Shown one piece after another: positions 36,088 to 45,172 of a DNA stretch of 64,000 nucleotides. The DNA comes from Candidatus Magasanikiibacteriota bacterium (GTDB lineage: Bacteria; Patescibacteriota; Patescibacteriia; Magasanikbacterales; GWA2-37-8), in contig JAUSEN010000005.1 in assembly GCA_030650025.1 (NCBI GenBank), forward strand, positions 3,631-67,630. Reading direction: 5' to 3'. Below the pieces are notes generated by a model. It did not search any database. It was not told the origin of the DNA and saw only the letters and a program-made list of their open reading frames with translations. Every line of letters starts with the position of its first letter. The stretch's first letter is position 1. Both the position numbers and the translations under genes were made by a program.

Positions 36088-36309
36088 ATGCCTAAGAAAA
36101 CTATTGATGAAAAAATCGATGATTTGGCTGTAGCCATGGCCACGGGTTTTACCGCGGTTGATAAAAAAATGGAAAAACTTCCCACTAAAGAATACCTGAC
36201 GGACTATGTGGATAAAAAATTCTCCAACCTGCCGGACAAGGCATATTTAGACGACAAACTGGCCAATCTAAAAGGTGACCTATTGGAACCATCCGCGCAG
36301 CTTCTCTAA
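36088..36309 (+). CDS. Small hypothetical protein (73 aa)
   Basis: ORF followed by a terminator. Confidence 0.35.
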   Translation: MPKKTIDEKIDDLAVAMATGFTAVDKKMEKLPTKEYLTDYVDKKFSNLPDKAYLDDKLANLKGDLLEPSAQLL

Positions 36310-36321
36310 ATTTTAAAAATT

Positions 36322-36360
36322 TAAAAATCCTCTCGTGAAAACGGGAGGATTTTTATTTTT
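36322..36360 (+). terminator. Rho-independent terminator
   Basis: aaaaatcctctcgtgaaaacgggaggatttttattttt. Confidence 0.7.
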
Positions 36361-36433
36361 GATAAGCGGGTTGACAGAGACAATCTTTTTCGCTAAACTG
36401 CCACTACTTTAATTAATCTTTAGAGCATCGCCA

Positions 36434-36480
36434 ACCTCCCCTTCGGTCTTCTGCTGGGCGCAGAAAATCCTTGGGGTCGG
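36434..36480 (+). repeat. Conserved intergenic hairpin motif, copy B (see 26617..26660)
   Basis: cctccccttcggtcttctgctgggcgcagaaaatccttggggtcgg, 27 nt upstream of the tig start. Confidence 0.5.
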
Positions 36481-36506
36481 CACGGCAGAGTCTTGTACAA
36501 ACAAAT

Positions 36507-37787
36507 ATGTCCTACGAATTTAAAAAACTAGAGAAATCTCAAGCGGAGTTTATAATCACGATTAAACCAGAGGAATATAAAAAGGATTTAGAAAAAGCCG
36601 CGGTGCGCTTAAGCGAGCGGGCGGCGATTAAAGGTTTTCGGCCAGGGAAAGCGCCCTACGAAATGGTAAAACAACAGCTTGGCGAATTAAAAATTTTAGA
36701 GGAGGCCTTGCAGTCGATCGTCGCGCGGACGTTTTTTGAAGCCGTGACTACCGAAAAATTAATTACGATTGGCCAGCCGGATGTAAAAATAGAAAAATTA
36801 GCGCCGGGCAATGATTTGATTTTTAAAGCCACGGCGGCGCTCCTCCCGGTAGTAACACTTCCTAATTTAAACGAAATTAAAATAGAAAAAAAGGCAGTGG
36901 CAGTGGGTGATAAAGAAGTTGGCGAAACTCTCGACAATTTGAAAAAGATGCAATCTAAGGAAGTAATAAAAAATGGCCCGGCGACTAAAGAAGACAAAGT
37001 AATAATCGCGATGGAAATGTTTTTGGATAAAGTTCCGGTGGAAGGCGGCCAGGCGCCTAACCACCAAGTATACTTGAGCGAAGCGCATTATATCCCGGGT
37101 TTAGCCGAGCAATTAGTTGGCCTCAAAAAAGATGAGTTAAAAGAGTTTAATTTAAAATTCCCGGCCGACCACTACCAAAAACATATTGCCGGCAGAAATG
37201 TTGATTTTAAAATCAAAGTAAAAGACGTTTTTACTCTGGAGTACCCCGAAGTTGATGATGTCTTTGCCAAAGCGCTTGGCCAAGCCAGTGTGGCCAAGCT
37301 CAAAGAACTTCTGCTCGGCAACCTCACGCGTGAAGCCGAAAATAAAGAGGATCACCGCCAGGAAGAGGCCATTTTGGAGCAGATGATAGAAAAATCTAAA
37401 TTCGAGGACTTGCCCGAGATTTTAGTGGATTCGGAAAAACGCAAAATGTTTTACGAATTAAAAAATGACTTGGAACGCCGCGGCTTGGATATGGCTAAAT
37501 ATTTGCTGGACATCAAAAAAACCGAGGCCCAAATTTTTGCGGATTTTAAAGAAGGGGCCGAGAAGCGCGCCAAGGCCGCCTTAATTTCGCGCCAAGTGGC
37601 TAAAGACAATGATATAAAAGTAGAAAAGACGGAGTTGGACCAAGAAATTGAAGAAATCAAAAAAGCTTACCCGGGAGACGAAAAGGTGGCGAAAAATTTA
37701 AAACGGCCAGAAGTGATTGACACCATCGCCGCGACCGTGCAAAATAGGAAGGTAATTAGTTATCTAAAAGAAAAAATTATTACATAA
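36507..37787 (+). CDS. tig: Trigger factor
   Basis: MSYEFKKLEKSQAEFIITIKPEEYKKDLEKAAVRLSERAAIKGFRPGKAPYEMV is the characteristic trigger factor N-terminus (GFRPGKxP). Confidence 0.85.
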   Translation: MSYEFKKLEKSQAEFIITIKPEEYKKDLEKAAVRLSERAAIKGFRPGKAPYEMVKQQLGELKILEEALQSIVARTFFEAVTTEKLITIGQPDVKIEKLAPGNDLIFKATAALLPVVTLPNLNEIKIEKKAVAVGDKEVGETLDNLKKMQSKEVIKNGPATKEDKVIIAMEMFLDKVPVEGGQAPNHQVYLSEAHYIPGLAEQLVGLKKDELKEFNLKFPADHYQKHIAGRNVDFKIKVKDVFTLEYPEVDDVFAKALGQASVAKLKELLLGNLTREAENKEDHRQEEAILEQMIEKSKFEDLPEILVDSEKRKMFYELKNDLERRGLDMAKYLLDIKKTEAQIFADFKEGAEKRAKAALISRQVAKDNDIKVEKTELDQEIEEIKKAYPGDEKVAKNLKRPEVIDTIAATVQNRKVISYLKEKIIT

Positions 37788-37805
37788 AAATTTAATTCTA
37801 CTGGT

Positions 37806-38105
37806 ATGAGTGAAAACCTTGAAGCAGAGCAAATACGGGGTGCTGTCCAACAATTGTTTGCCCGCGCCGGCTATACATTTAGACGAGGAGATGCGGTTGT
37901 GGTAAAATTCCCAGATACAGGGAATGTTTTTCGAGATGCCATAGTTGCCGATTTTGGTTTTAATCCGCTGGGTAAATCTGGCGAACCGGCCATGTATATT
38001 CGTCGCCCCGAGGGGGCCCCGGGCCCAACCGACATGCTTTTTACATTACAAACAATTGGTGAGTGTATAGAAAAAAACTCTCCGGTACAGCCACAAAACA
38101 CATAA
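37806..38105 (+). CDS. Hypothetical protein (99 aa)
   Basis: ORF only. Confidence 0.35.
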   Translation: MSENLEAEQIRGAVQQLFARAGYTFRRGDAVVVKFPDTGNVFRDAIVADFGFNPLGKSGEPAMYIRRPEGAPGPTDMLFTLQTIGECIEKNSPVQPQNT

Positions 38106-38109
38106 CACT

Positions 38110-38943
38110 ATGCTCTTCGGCGCCCATGTTTCTATTGCCGGAGGCATTTTCAATGCCCCGCTCAATGCCGCGGCGATTGGCTGTGAGGTATTCCAAATGT
38201 TTACGCGTTCGCCACATGGTGGGCTCGTGAAACCTATTACACCAGAAGTGGCGGCGCTATTTAAAACCAACATGGCCTTATGCGCGCAGAGCGAATGCTA
38301 TATTCACGCGCCATATTTTATTAACTACGCGTCCGCTAACAATCGCATACGTTATGGATCAATCTCAGTAATACGACAAGAATTGGAGCGCGGAACGCTC
38401 CTCGGCGCTAAATATGTAATGGTGCACCTCGGAAGTTATAAAGATTTGGGCGCCAAAGAGGGTTTTAAACAGTTGGTGGAAGGGTTAGACAAAACCCTTA
38501 ATGGCTACCGCGGCAGTACAGAATTTTTAATTGAAATTACGGCCGGAGCGGGCCAAATTATCGGCGATACGTTTGAAGAAATTGCCAAAATTATTTATCA
38601 CTCAAAATTAAAAAAATATAATATTGGCGTGTGTTACGACACCCAACACGCGTTTGCGAGCGGATATGACTGCCGGACGCCAGCGCAGGTAGAAAAAACG
38701 CTCCGAGATTTTGATAAAATCATTGGCTTAAATAAATTAAAATTAGTACAATGCAACGATTCTAAGACCGAGTTTGGCTCGCACCACGACCGGCACGAAC
38801 ATATTGGACAAGGTAAAATTGGGTTAGCCGGCTTTAAAGCAATATTAGGCAATAAAGATTTTCAAAAAATAAATTTTGTTTTGGAAACGGAACATAATAA
38901 AGTGAGGGAGGATTTAAAAATTTTAAAAACCATTCGGGGTTGA
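38110..38943 (+). CDS. nfo: Endonuclease IV (AP endonuclease family 2)
   Basis: MLFGAHVSIAGGIFNAPLNAAAIGCEVFQMFTRSP...HAPYFINYAS...VMVHLGS: TIM-barrel AP endonuclease motifs. Confidence 0.8.
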   Translation: MLFGAHVSIAGGIFNAPLNAAAIGCEVFQMFTRSPHGGLVKPITPEVAALFKTNMALCAQSECYIHAPYFINYASANNRIRYGSISVIRQELERGTLLGAKYVMVHLGSYKDLGAKEGFKQLVEGLDKTLNGYRGSTEFLIEITAGAGQIIGDTFEEIAKIIYHSKLKKYNIGVCYDTQHAFASGYDCRTPAQVEKTLRDFDKIIGLNKLKLVQCNDSKTEFGSHHDRHEHIGQGKIGLAGFKAILGNKDFQKINFVLETEHNKVREDLKILKTIRG

Positions 38944-38953
38944 TTTATGAACT

Positions 38954-39172
38954 ATGAAAATCGCTGTACACCTCGTGCCAACGTCCGCCCAAAATAAAAT
39001 CGAGATTTTAACCGATGGTTCACTTAAAGCCTGGGTGACCGCGCCGCCGATTAATGGCGCGGCGAACGAGGCTTTAATAAAGCTACTGGCGGATTACTAT
39101 GGCGTTGCCAAAAGCCGCGTCCGGGTACGGCGCGGTTTTAAAAGCAGAAAAAAAGTTATAGAAATTATCTAA
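38954..39172 (+). CDS. DUF167 (YggU/UPF0235)-family small protein
   Basis: 72 aa. [47 protein letters not shown]. Confidence 0.6.
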   Translation: MKIAVHLVPTSAQNKIEILTDGSLKAWVTAPPINGAANEALIKLLADYYGVAKSRVRVRRGFKSRKKVIEII

Positions 39173-39441
39173 GGCAGATCAACCCCACCTTTACCCAGGG
39201 GGTTACAGCGGAGTATTCGCCAAACAGATTTAACGAGGCCGAAAATTAGACCTTGTTTTTTTATAGCCTGATAAGCATATTCACTACAAGAAGGATAAAA
39301 CCGGCAAAACCCCGTGGGGTGGCGGGCTTTAAGCCAGCTGTGGTCGGGAGAGAGGGTGGCTTGATAAATTTTAATTAAAAATAAAACTGCGTTTTTTGGC
39401 AGAGTTAAGAGAAAAATTAATACTAATTTTATTTTTAACAT
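39169..39441 (-). CDS. yidD: Membrane protein insertion efficiency factor YidD
   Basis: [19 protein letters not shown]...[12 protein letters not shown] signature. Positioned downstream of rnpA. Confidence 0.8.
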   Translation of the reverse strand: MLKIKLVLIFLLTLPKNAVLFLIKIYQATLSPDHSWLKARHPTGFCRFYPSCSEYAYQAIKKQGLIFGLVKSVWRILRCNPLGKGGVDLP

Positions 39442-39542
39442 GTTAATTGCTTGAGAAAGAAGGTGCGATGATTTGTAATCGTGTTTTTGAGGAGGATTAA
39501 AACGAGAAGCGAGGGAGTGGCGGGGAAATTTGGTTAAAAAAA

Positions 39543-39935
39543 CTAAAATAAATTTATTTTTTTATAAAATAACTTTACTTCTGCTCTTAGATCAGCAAAA
39601 TTTTTTGTTAAAATAGTTATTTTAGGAACGAATAATAAGTAAAGTCCGGGACGGAGCGTTTGACCAACGCTCTCCAGGCGAATGGCTTCACGCAAAAGAC
39701 GCCTGGCACGATTACGCACCACAGCCTTTTTAGAGAACTTGACGCCGGTAGAAATCGCTAATTTTAGCTGTTTAACGAATTTATCAGGATCGACTTTTTT
39801 AGGAAAATAACTTCTGTTTTTGGCTAACTCTAACACTTTACAGCTAAAACTCTGGCTGTTTACCCAAAAACCGCGCTTAGCAACTAAATCAAAATCCCGT
39901 TTTTTAGTGATGGTGATATATGACAATCCAATCAT
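39543..39935 (-). CDS. rnpA: Ribonuclease P protein component
   Basis: 130 aa basic protein with the RNR motif region [15 protein letters not shown]. Immediately downstream of rpmH. Confidence 0.8.
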   Translation of the reverse strand: MIGLSYITITKKRDFDLVAKRGFWVNSQSFSCKVLELAKNRSYFPKKVDPDKFVKQLKLAISTGVKFSKKAVVRNRARRLLREAIRLESVGQTLRPGLYLLFVPKITILTKNFADLRAEVKLFYKKINLF

Positions 39936-40066
39936 AATATTGATTAAAATCGCTGTAATTTCAACGATAAGATTAGTGTATAAGAATTAATGTTACAAGT
40001 CAAAAAACCCCGGTAGCTAAGACGACCAGGGTGTGTGGCAATTTATAGAAGCCGGTTGCTGAACCT

Positions 40067-40246
40067 TTAGCTCTTGAAACGGCGAAGTTTGCCTTTGATC
40101 TCGTCGGAAACCGTGAGTTTTTTGCGCCCCTTGGCGCGGCGACGAGCCAGAACACTGCGCCCGCCTTTAGTACTCATACGAGAGCGGAAGCCGTGTGACT
40201 TGGCGCGTTTACGCTTTTTTGGTTGATAGGTTCTTTTGGTAGCCAT
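40067..40246 (-). CDS. rpmH: 50S ribosomal protein L34
   Basis: Own translation of the minus strand: [59 protein letters not shown]. This matches the L34 consensus. Not in the ORF track because it is under 60 aa. Confidence 0.85.
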   Translation of the reverse strand: MATKRTYQPKKRKRAKSHGFRSRMSTKGGRSVLARRRAKGRKKLTVSDEIKGKLRRFKS

Positions 40247-40451
40247 AAAAATTAAGTAAGTGGGGCTAGTATATATAATTTAAGATGGATTGTCAACAGC
40301 TTTGCCAGCCAAGTAAACTTTGTCAAGAGCGGGTTTCTCCACATCTTATCCACTAAATACGCGCTTTGATGGGTATTGATGTGGAGGGGGGGCTGTGCTA
40401 AGATGCTTCAACCTATTGGCGGTTGTTTTTTGCCTCAAATTACTAATTATT
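40247..40451. other. oriC-like region upstream of dnaA with tandem and inverted DnaA-box-like 9-mers and an AT-rich stretch
   Basis: TTCTCCACA (40336-40344) and TTATCCACT (40346-40354) in tandem; inverted gatgtggag at 40379-40387; AT-rich tatatataatttaa at 40270-40285. Confidence 0.55.
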
Positions 40452-41837
40452 ATGACGAATCACGAACTGTGGCAGTCTGTTTTGGCCGAACTAGAATTAA
40501 GCATTTCTAAAGCTAATTTCGTCACTTGGTTCAAAAATACAGGGATAATATCATTTCAAGATGGTCAGGTCGCTCTCTTTGTGCCCAACGCCTTTACCAA
40601 GGCTTGGATGGAAAAAAAATATAATCAAGTATTAATTAAGTCTTTAGAGAGGGTAAGCGGGAAGCCGATCAAGCGTTTGGAGTATCGCATTGAAAGCCCC
40701 AAGAATGTGGCAGAACAGGCGCTTGAAGCGCAAAATCAGGCGGAAGGTAGGGGGCAAGGATTTTCGCCGCAAACCATACCGGAAGAAACCACGGCTCCTA
40801 ACCAAGGGTTTACTCTTAACCCCAAATACAGCTTTGAAAGTTTTGTGGTTGGCAAAAGCAGCGAATTGGCTTTCGCGGCAGCCCAGGCGGTTTGTTCTCG
40901 CCCCGGAGTGGCTTATAACCCCCTGTTTATATATGGGGGAGTGGGCCTCGGAAAAACCCACCTCCTGCAAGCGGTCGGCAACCAACTGCGCAAAGAACGC
41001 CCCAGCACTTCCATAATGTATGTTAGCGCCGAGCGTTTTTCTAATGATTTTATCAATTCTATTAAAGAGCGCGTCACTAAAGATTTTCAGTCGCGCTACC
41101 GCGGCATTGATTTACTGCTGATCGATGATATTCAATTTAGTGCCGGGAAAGAAGGCACCCAAGAGTCTTTTTTTCATACCTTTAATGAGTTGCACCAACA
41201 AAATAAACAGGTGGTAATTACTTCGGACCGCCCGCCTAAGGCAATCCCGGCTCTCGAGGATCGCTTGCGCTCGCGTTTTGAATGGGGAATGATTGCGGAT
41301 ATTAGCGCTCCGGATTTTGAAACTAGGGTGGCGGTACTGGGTAAAAAAAGCGCGGAAAAGGCCTTCCCACTCTCGGAAAAGATCTTGCAAGCCATTGCCG
41401 CGACCGTGCAAAGTAACGTGCGCGAATTGGAGGGCGCCCTTAACAAAGTTATTGTTTTCCACCAATTAAAAAATATGGCTCCTACTTTGGAGTCAGTTAA
41501 ATCGATTCTCTCCTCGTGGGGTACAGGCAGCGCCCGCCAGTCCGTAACCGCGCGCCAGCTTCTAGATGTCGCCAGCCAATTCTTTAATATCAGCCAAGAA
41601 GATATTGTGAGCAAAAATAGAGAGAAGCGCGTGGCTCTGCCGAGGCAAGTAATAATGTTTTTGATGCGAGAGGAGTTGAAAATGAGCTACCCCGCTATTG
41701 GAGACGAGCTTGGCGGACGCGATCATACTACCGCCATGCACGCGTATGAAAAAATTTTTAGAGAGGTAGAAAATGATTTGCGCTTGCGCCAAGAAATAGA
41801 ATTGCTCCGGCAGCGTTTGTATGTGAATAACGTCTAG
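40452..41837 (+). CDS. dnaA: Chromosomal replication initiator protein DnaA
   Basis: Start at MTNHELWQSVLAELE (40452). Walker A GGVGLGKTHLLQA, sensor and box motifs, and the C-terminal DnaA-box-binding HTH. Confidence 0.95.
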   Translation: MTNHELWQSVLAELELSISKANFVTWFKNTGIISFQDGQVALFVPNAFTKAWMEKKYNQVLIKSLERVSGKPIKRLEYRIESPKNVAEQALEAQNQAEGRGQGFSPQTIPEETTAPNQGFTLNPKYSFESFVVGKSSELAFAAAQAVCSRPGVAYNPLFIYGGVGLGKTHLLQAVGNQLRKERPSTSIMYVSAERFSNDFINSIKERVTKDFQSRYRGIDLLLIDDIQFSAGKEGTQESFFHTFNELHQQNKQVVITSDRPPKAIPALEDRLRSRFEWGMIADISAPDFETRVAVLGKKSAEKAFPLSEKILQAIAATVQSNVRELEGALNKVIVFHQLKNMAPTLESVKSILSSWGTGSARQSVTARQLLDVASQFFNISQEDIVSKNREKRVALPRQVIMFLMREELKMSYPAIGDELGGRDHTTAMHAYEKIFREVENDLRLRQEIELLRQRLYVNNV

Positions 41838-42078
41838 AAAACCTGTGGATTAGTTTGGGATAGTAATGGGGGTTCGGGATGGAATGATGGGGATAAGATG
41901 TTTTTAGAGAAGGATGTTATCCCCTGTGCTATGATGATTTTTAAAAAAGACTTAGGGCGGCTCACAGTTAATACCGGGCGGCTCACAGTTAAACCCACAA
42001 GAAAAATTAATAAAATCTAATAGTTTTTCACTTATCCCCACTATCCACTCGCTTATTATAGTTATTACTTAAATATAT
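41838..42078. other. dnaA-dnaN intergenic oriC-like region: DnaA-box-like motifs, a 17-bp direct repeat and an AT-rich element
   Basis: tgtggatta (rc TAATCCACA), TTATCCCCA, CTATCCACT; gggcggctcacagttaa repeated twice (41947-41987); AT-rich tgatgatttttaaaaaag. Confidence 0.55.
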
Positions 42079-43197
42079 ATGAAATTCTCCTGTACCAAGG
42101 ATAACGTGGCGCGAGCCCTCGGTTTAATTGGCGGGCTAACTAGTAAAAATGTTACCTTGCCGATTTTGAATAACGTATTAATAAAAGTAGAGGAACAGAA
42201 AATTGAATTTGTCGCCACCAATTTAGAATTGGCAGTGGTAGTGGTGGTGAGGGGAAAGGTAGACGCGACCGGGGCTTTTACGGTGCCGGCCCGGACACTA
42301 AGCGACTTTGTGGGGCTGTTACCTAACGAGCGGATTGATTTTGAATTAGTGGGAGGCGAGTTGGCCTTGGCTTGCGGAAAAACCAGTACCAAAATAAAAG
42401 GGATGGGGTCAGATGAATTTCCGGTATTACCGGCTTTGGGCAGTGGGGCTGGTTTTACGGTTTTAGTAGACACTCTAACTACGGCTCTTAATAGAGTGCT
42501 CCCGGCTATCGCGAGAAATGAGATTAGGCCAGAGTTGTCGGGAGTATACTTTGGTTTTAACACTCGCGAGGCCAAAACACTAGTGTTGGCGTCTACAGAC
42601 AGCTATCGATTAGCCGAGCAAGTAATCGCTTTAGAAAGCGGAGCCGAGGCGCTTGGCGTGGTGGTGCCGGGCCGGACTGCCCAGGAAGTGGCCCGAGCAC
42701 TAAGCGCGGCCGAAGAAGGAGAAAAATCCGTGCGTTTATTAGTGAGCGCCAATCAATTAGTGGTTAATTATGATAGTGTTCAAATTATTTCGCGCTTGGT
42801 GGCGGGCCAATATCCTGATTATACCCAAATAATTCCCCAGCAGTTTAAAACTACCGTGGTGATCGCGACTAGCCATATGCAAAAAGAAATGAAAGCCGCC
42901 GGTTTGTTTACCACGAGCGGCGTTAACGCGGTGGCTGTAGAAGCATTGCCAGAAAAGAAGGTAATTTCTTTGACAGCGTCTTCACAGCAAACCGGCGAGT
43001 ATGCCTCGGAAGTGGAATGCGAGGTGATGGGTGAGGCGGTAACAGTTTTATTAAATCACCGTTATGTATTAGATGGGCTTAATCAGATGGCTTCGCCGGA
43101 AGTTAAATTGCAATTAGCCGGCCCCGAGAGCCCTTGTCTTTTGACTGCCGAGAAAGAAGTGGGGTTTCGTTATATTGTGATGCCGATTAGGCAGTAA
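42079..43197 (+). CDS. dnaN: DNA polymerase III beta sliding clamp
   Basis: 372 aa. MKFSCTKDNVARALGLIGGLTSKNVTLPILNNVLIK is a typical DnaN N-terminus. Follows dnaA. Confidence 0.9.
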   Translation: MKFSCTKDNVARALGLIGGLTSKNVTLPILNNVLIKVEEQKIEFVATNLELAVVVVVRGKVDATGAFTVPARTLSDFVGLLPNERIDFELVGGELALACGKTSTKIKGMGSDEFPVLPALGSGAGFTVLVDTLTTALNRVLPAIARNEIRPELSGVYFGFNTREAKTLVLASTDSYRLAEQVIALESGAEALGVVVPGRTAQEVARALSAAEEGEKSVRLLVSANQLVVNYDSVQIISRLVAGQYPDYTQIIPQQFKTTVVIATSHMQKEMKAAGLFTTSGVNAVAVEALPEKKVISLTASSQQTGEYASEVECEVMGEAVTVLLNHRYVLDGLNQMASPEVKLQLAGPESPCLLTAEKEVGFRYIVMPIRQ

Positions 43198-43209
43198 AGT
43201 CACTGGGGG

Positions 43210-44055
43210 CTAGGCAGTAGATTTGTGAAGAGAGAGTGGGGCGGGACGCTTGTTAAAAAACCAAAAAGCGACACTTAAATAGGCGAGGTAACTAACAACT
43301 TCAACTAACGAAGGATTGCCGTTATACCCAAACAGCCCCTTGAGGATACTCCCTAACGCGCCTTTATCGTGCCACAGAGGAAAGGAGCCATCATCTGAAA
43401 CTGCTGGGTTAATATTCCAAACTTCTTTGATACCCTCCGGAATAAGACCGGCCTCGTGGAATTCGTGGACACCGTGCGCAACCAGGCCAGCGGCGAATAA
43501 AATTAATAGTATACTAGTAATATTAAAAAAACGTTTTAGGGGAAGGTGACGTGACCAGACAAACAGGGCTAGTCCCGTGGTTGTGGCTAAACCCATGCCT
43601 AATAAGGCCCCGATAATATTATTTTCTCCGGCGACCAAGCTCGCGGAGGCTAAAAAAATTATCAATTCAACTCCTTCTCGCCAAACCGACACCAGCATCA
43701 AAAAAAATAAACCAAATTTTTCCGCTTTCACGATTTTGGCTTCAACCCTGGCCTCAAGTTTTTTTACCGCCGACTGTTGTCTCCGCATCCAAATTATCAT
43801 GGTAGTCAGCAGGGAGGCGCCAACGAGCATCATAACTCCTTCAAAAACTTCTTCACTTTGCCCGCTGAAGCCGCCCGCTAATTTTTCAAACAGCACAGCG
43901 CTTAAGATGCTTATGAAAATACCAGCGAGCAAACCAAAATAGACCGACTTTTTGAAAGCGGTTTGGTTGGTTCGAGCGAGGTAGGAAATAACAACCCCCA
44001 CGATTAGGGCGACTTCTAAAACTTCGCGGAAGGTAATAATTAAACTGGGTAACAT
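43210..44055 (-). CDS. FTR1-family high-affinity iron permease
   Basis: Two REXXE motifs (FREVLEVAL, WREGVELIIF) in a polytopic membrane protein. Confidence 0.65.
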   Translation of the reverse strand: MLPSLIITFREVLEVALIVGVVISYLARTNQTAFKKSVYFGLLAGIFISILSAVLFEKLAGGFSGQSEEVFEGVMMLVGASLLTTMIIWMRRQQSAVKKLEARVEAKIVKAEKFGLFFLMLVSVWREGVELIIFLASASLVAGENNIIGALLGMGLATTTGLALFVWSRHLPLKRFFNITSILLILFAAGLVAHGVHEFHEAGLIPEGIKEVWNINPAVSDDGSFPLWHDKGALGSILKGLFGYNGNPSLVEVVSYLAYLSVAFWFFNKRPAPLSLHKSTA

Positions 44056-44062
44056 AAGGCAA

Positions 44063-45097
44063 TTACCAGTCTAGCGTGCCGCCGACTTTATATTCGGTAA
44101 CGCGAGTTTCAAAGAAGTTTTTTTCTTTGTTTAAGTCAATCGCTTCGCTCATCCAGGGGAAGGGGTTGGGGGTGTGGTATTGCTCCGGCAGGCCAACGCG
44201 AGTTAAACGGCGATCGGCAATATGTTCAATATATTTGCGGAACCCCTCGGCATTGAGGCCAAAGATGCCTTTGGGGAAGACCTCGGCCGCGAATTTGGCC
44301 TCGAGGTCGACCGCTTGTTTAACAAGGTCGACGGCATGCTGTTGAAATTCGGGAGTCCAGAGCTCGGGCTGTTCTTCTTTGATGGTATTAATAATGTTCA
44401 TGCCAAAGTTAAGGTGTTGGCTTTCATCGCGCATAATGTATTGAATTTGTTCGGCGGCGCCCACCATTTTGTTCATTCTTTGGAATCCAAACATAACCGC
44501 GAATGAACTGTAAAAAAAGATACCTTCTAAAACCAGGGAGAAAATTACCATGTTCTCCAAAAATTGCTGGTCGGATTTAAAAGTGCCGGTTTTAAAGTCC
44601 GGGCTAAAGATGCCCTCGTTGAAACTCAAAATAAAAGCGTCTTTATTAAAAATAGCATCAACCTCGCGATACATATTAAAAATTTCGCTTTCGTCTAGCC
44701 CCAAAGATTCGACGATGTACTGATACGAATGCGTGTGGATGGCTTCCTCGTAAGCTTGGCGGAGCAAATACATGCGGCATTCGGGCGAAGTAATGTGGCG
44801 ATACATGGCCAAGACCACATTATTGGCGGCAATGGAGTCCGCGGTGGTAAAAAAGCCCAGCACGGTTTTAAGGGCCTTGCGCTCATCATCCGAGAGGAGC
44901 GTTGGCGAGTTCCACTGTTCAATATCTTTTTGCATGCTGATTTCCGTAGGGAGCCAATGGTTGGCATTGCCGACATTATAAGCCTCCCAGGCAAAAGTGT
45001 GGCGCATGGGGTAGAGCTGAATAACATCGGCATCGGCCCCGTTAATTACACGTCGTTTGTTAATGTCAACTTTTTCGCTGGTTTTAGAAATGGGCAT
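44063..45097 (-). CDS. nrdB: Ribonucleotide reductase class I small (R2) subunit
   Basis: Di-iron ferritin-like motifs EEAIHTHSY and FFYSSFAVMF..MRDESQHLNF. Confidence 0.85.
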   Translation of the reverse strand: MPISKTSEKVDINKRRVINGADADVIQLYPMRHTFAWEAYNVGNANHWLPTEISMQKDIEQWNSPTLLSDDERKALKTVLGFFTTADSIAANNVVLAMYRHITSPECRMYLLRQAYEEAIHTHSYQYIVESLGLDESEIFNMYREVDAIFNKDAFILSFNEGIFSPDFKTGTFKSDQQFLENMVIFSLVLEGIFFYSSFAVMFGFQRMNKMVGAAEQIQYIMRDESQHLNFGMNIINTIKEEQPELWTPEFQQHAVDLVKQAVDLEAKFAAEVFPKGIFGLNAEGFRKYIEHIADRRLTRVGLPEQYHTPNPFPWMSEAIDLNKEKNFFETRVTEYKVGGTLDW

Positions 45098-45172
45098 AGG
45101 AGGGATAAATTTTTATTATTAAAGATTGCTTCGTTGGCTCGCCTAGGCGAGCCTCCTCGCAATGACGTGATG

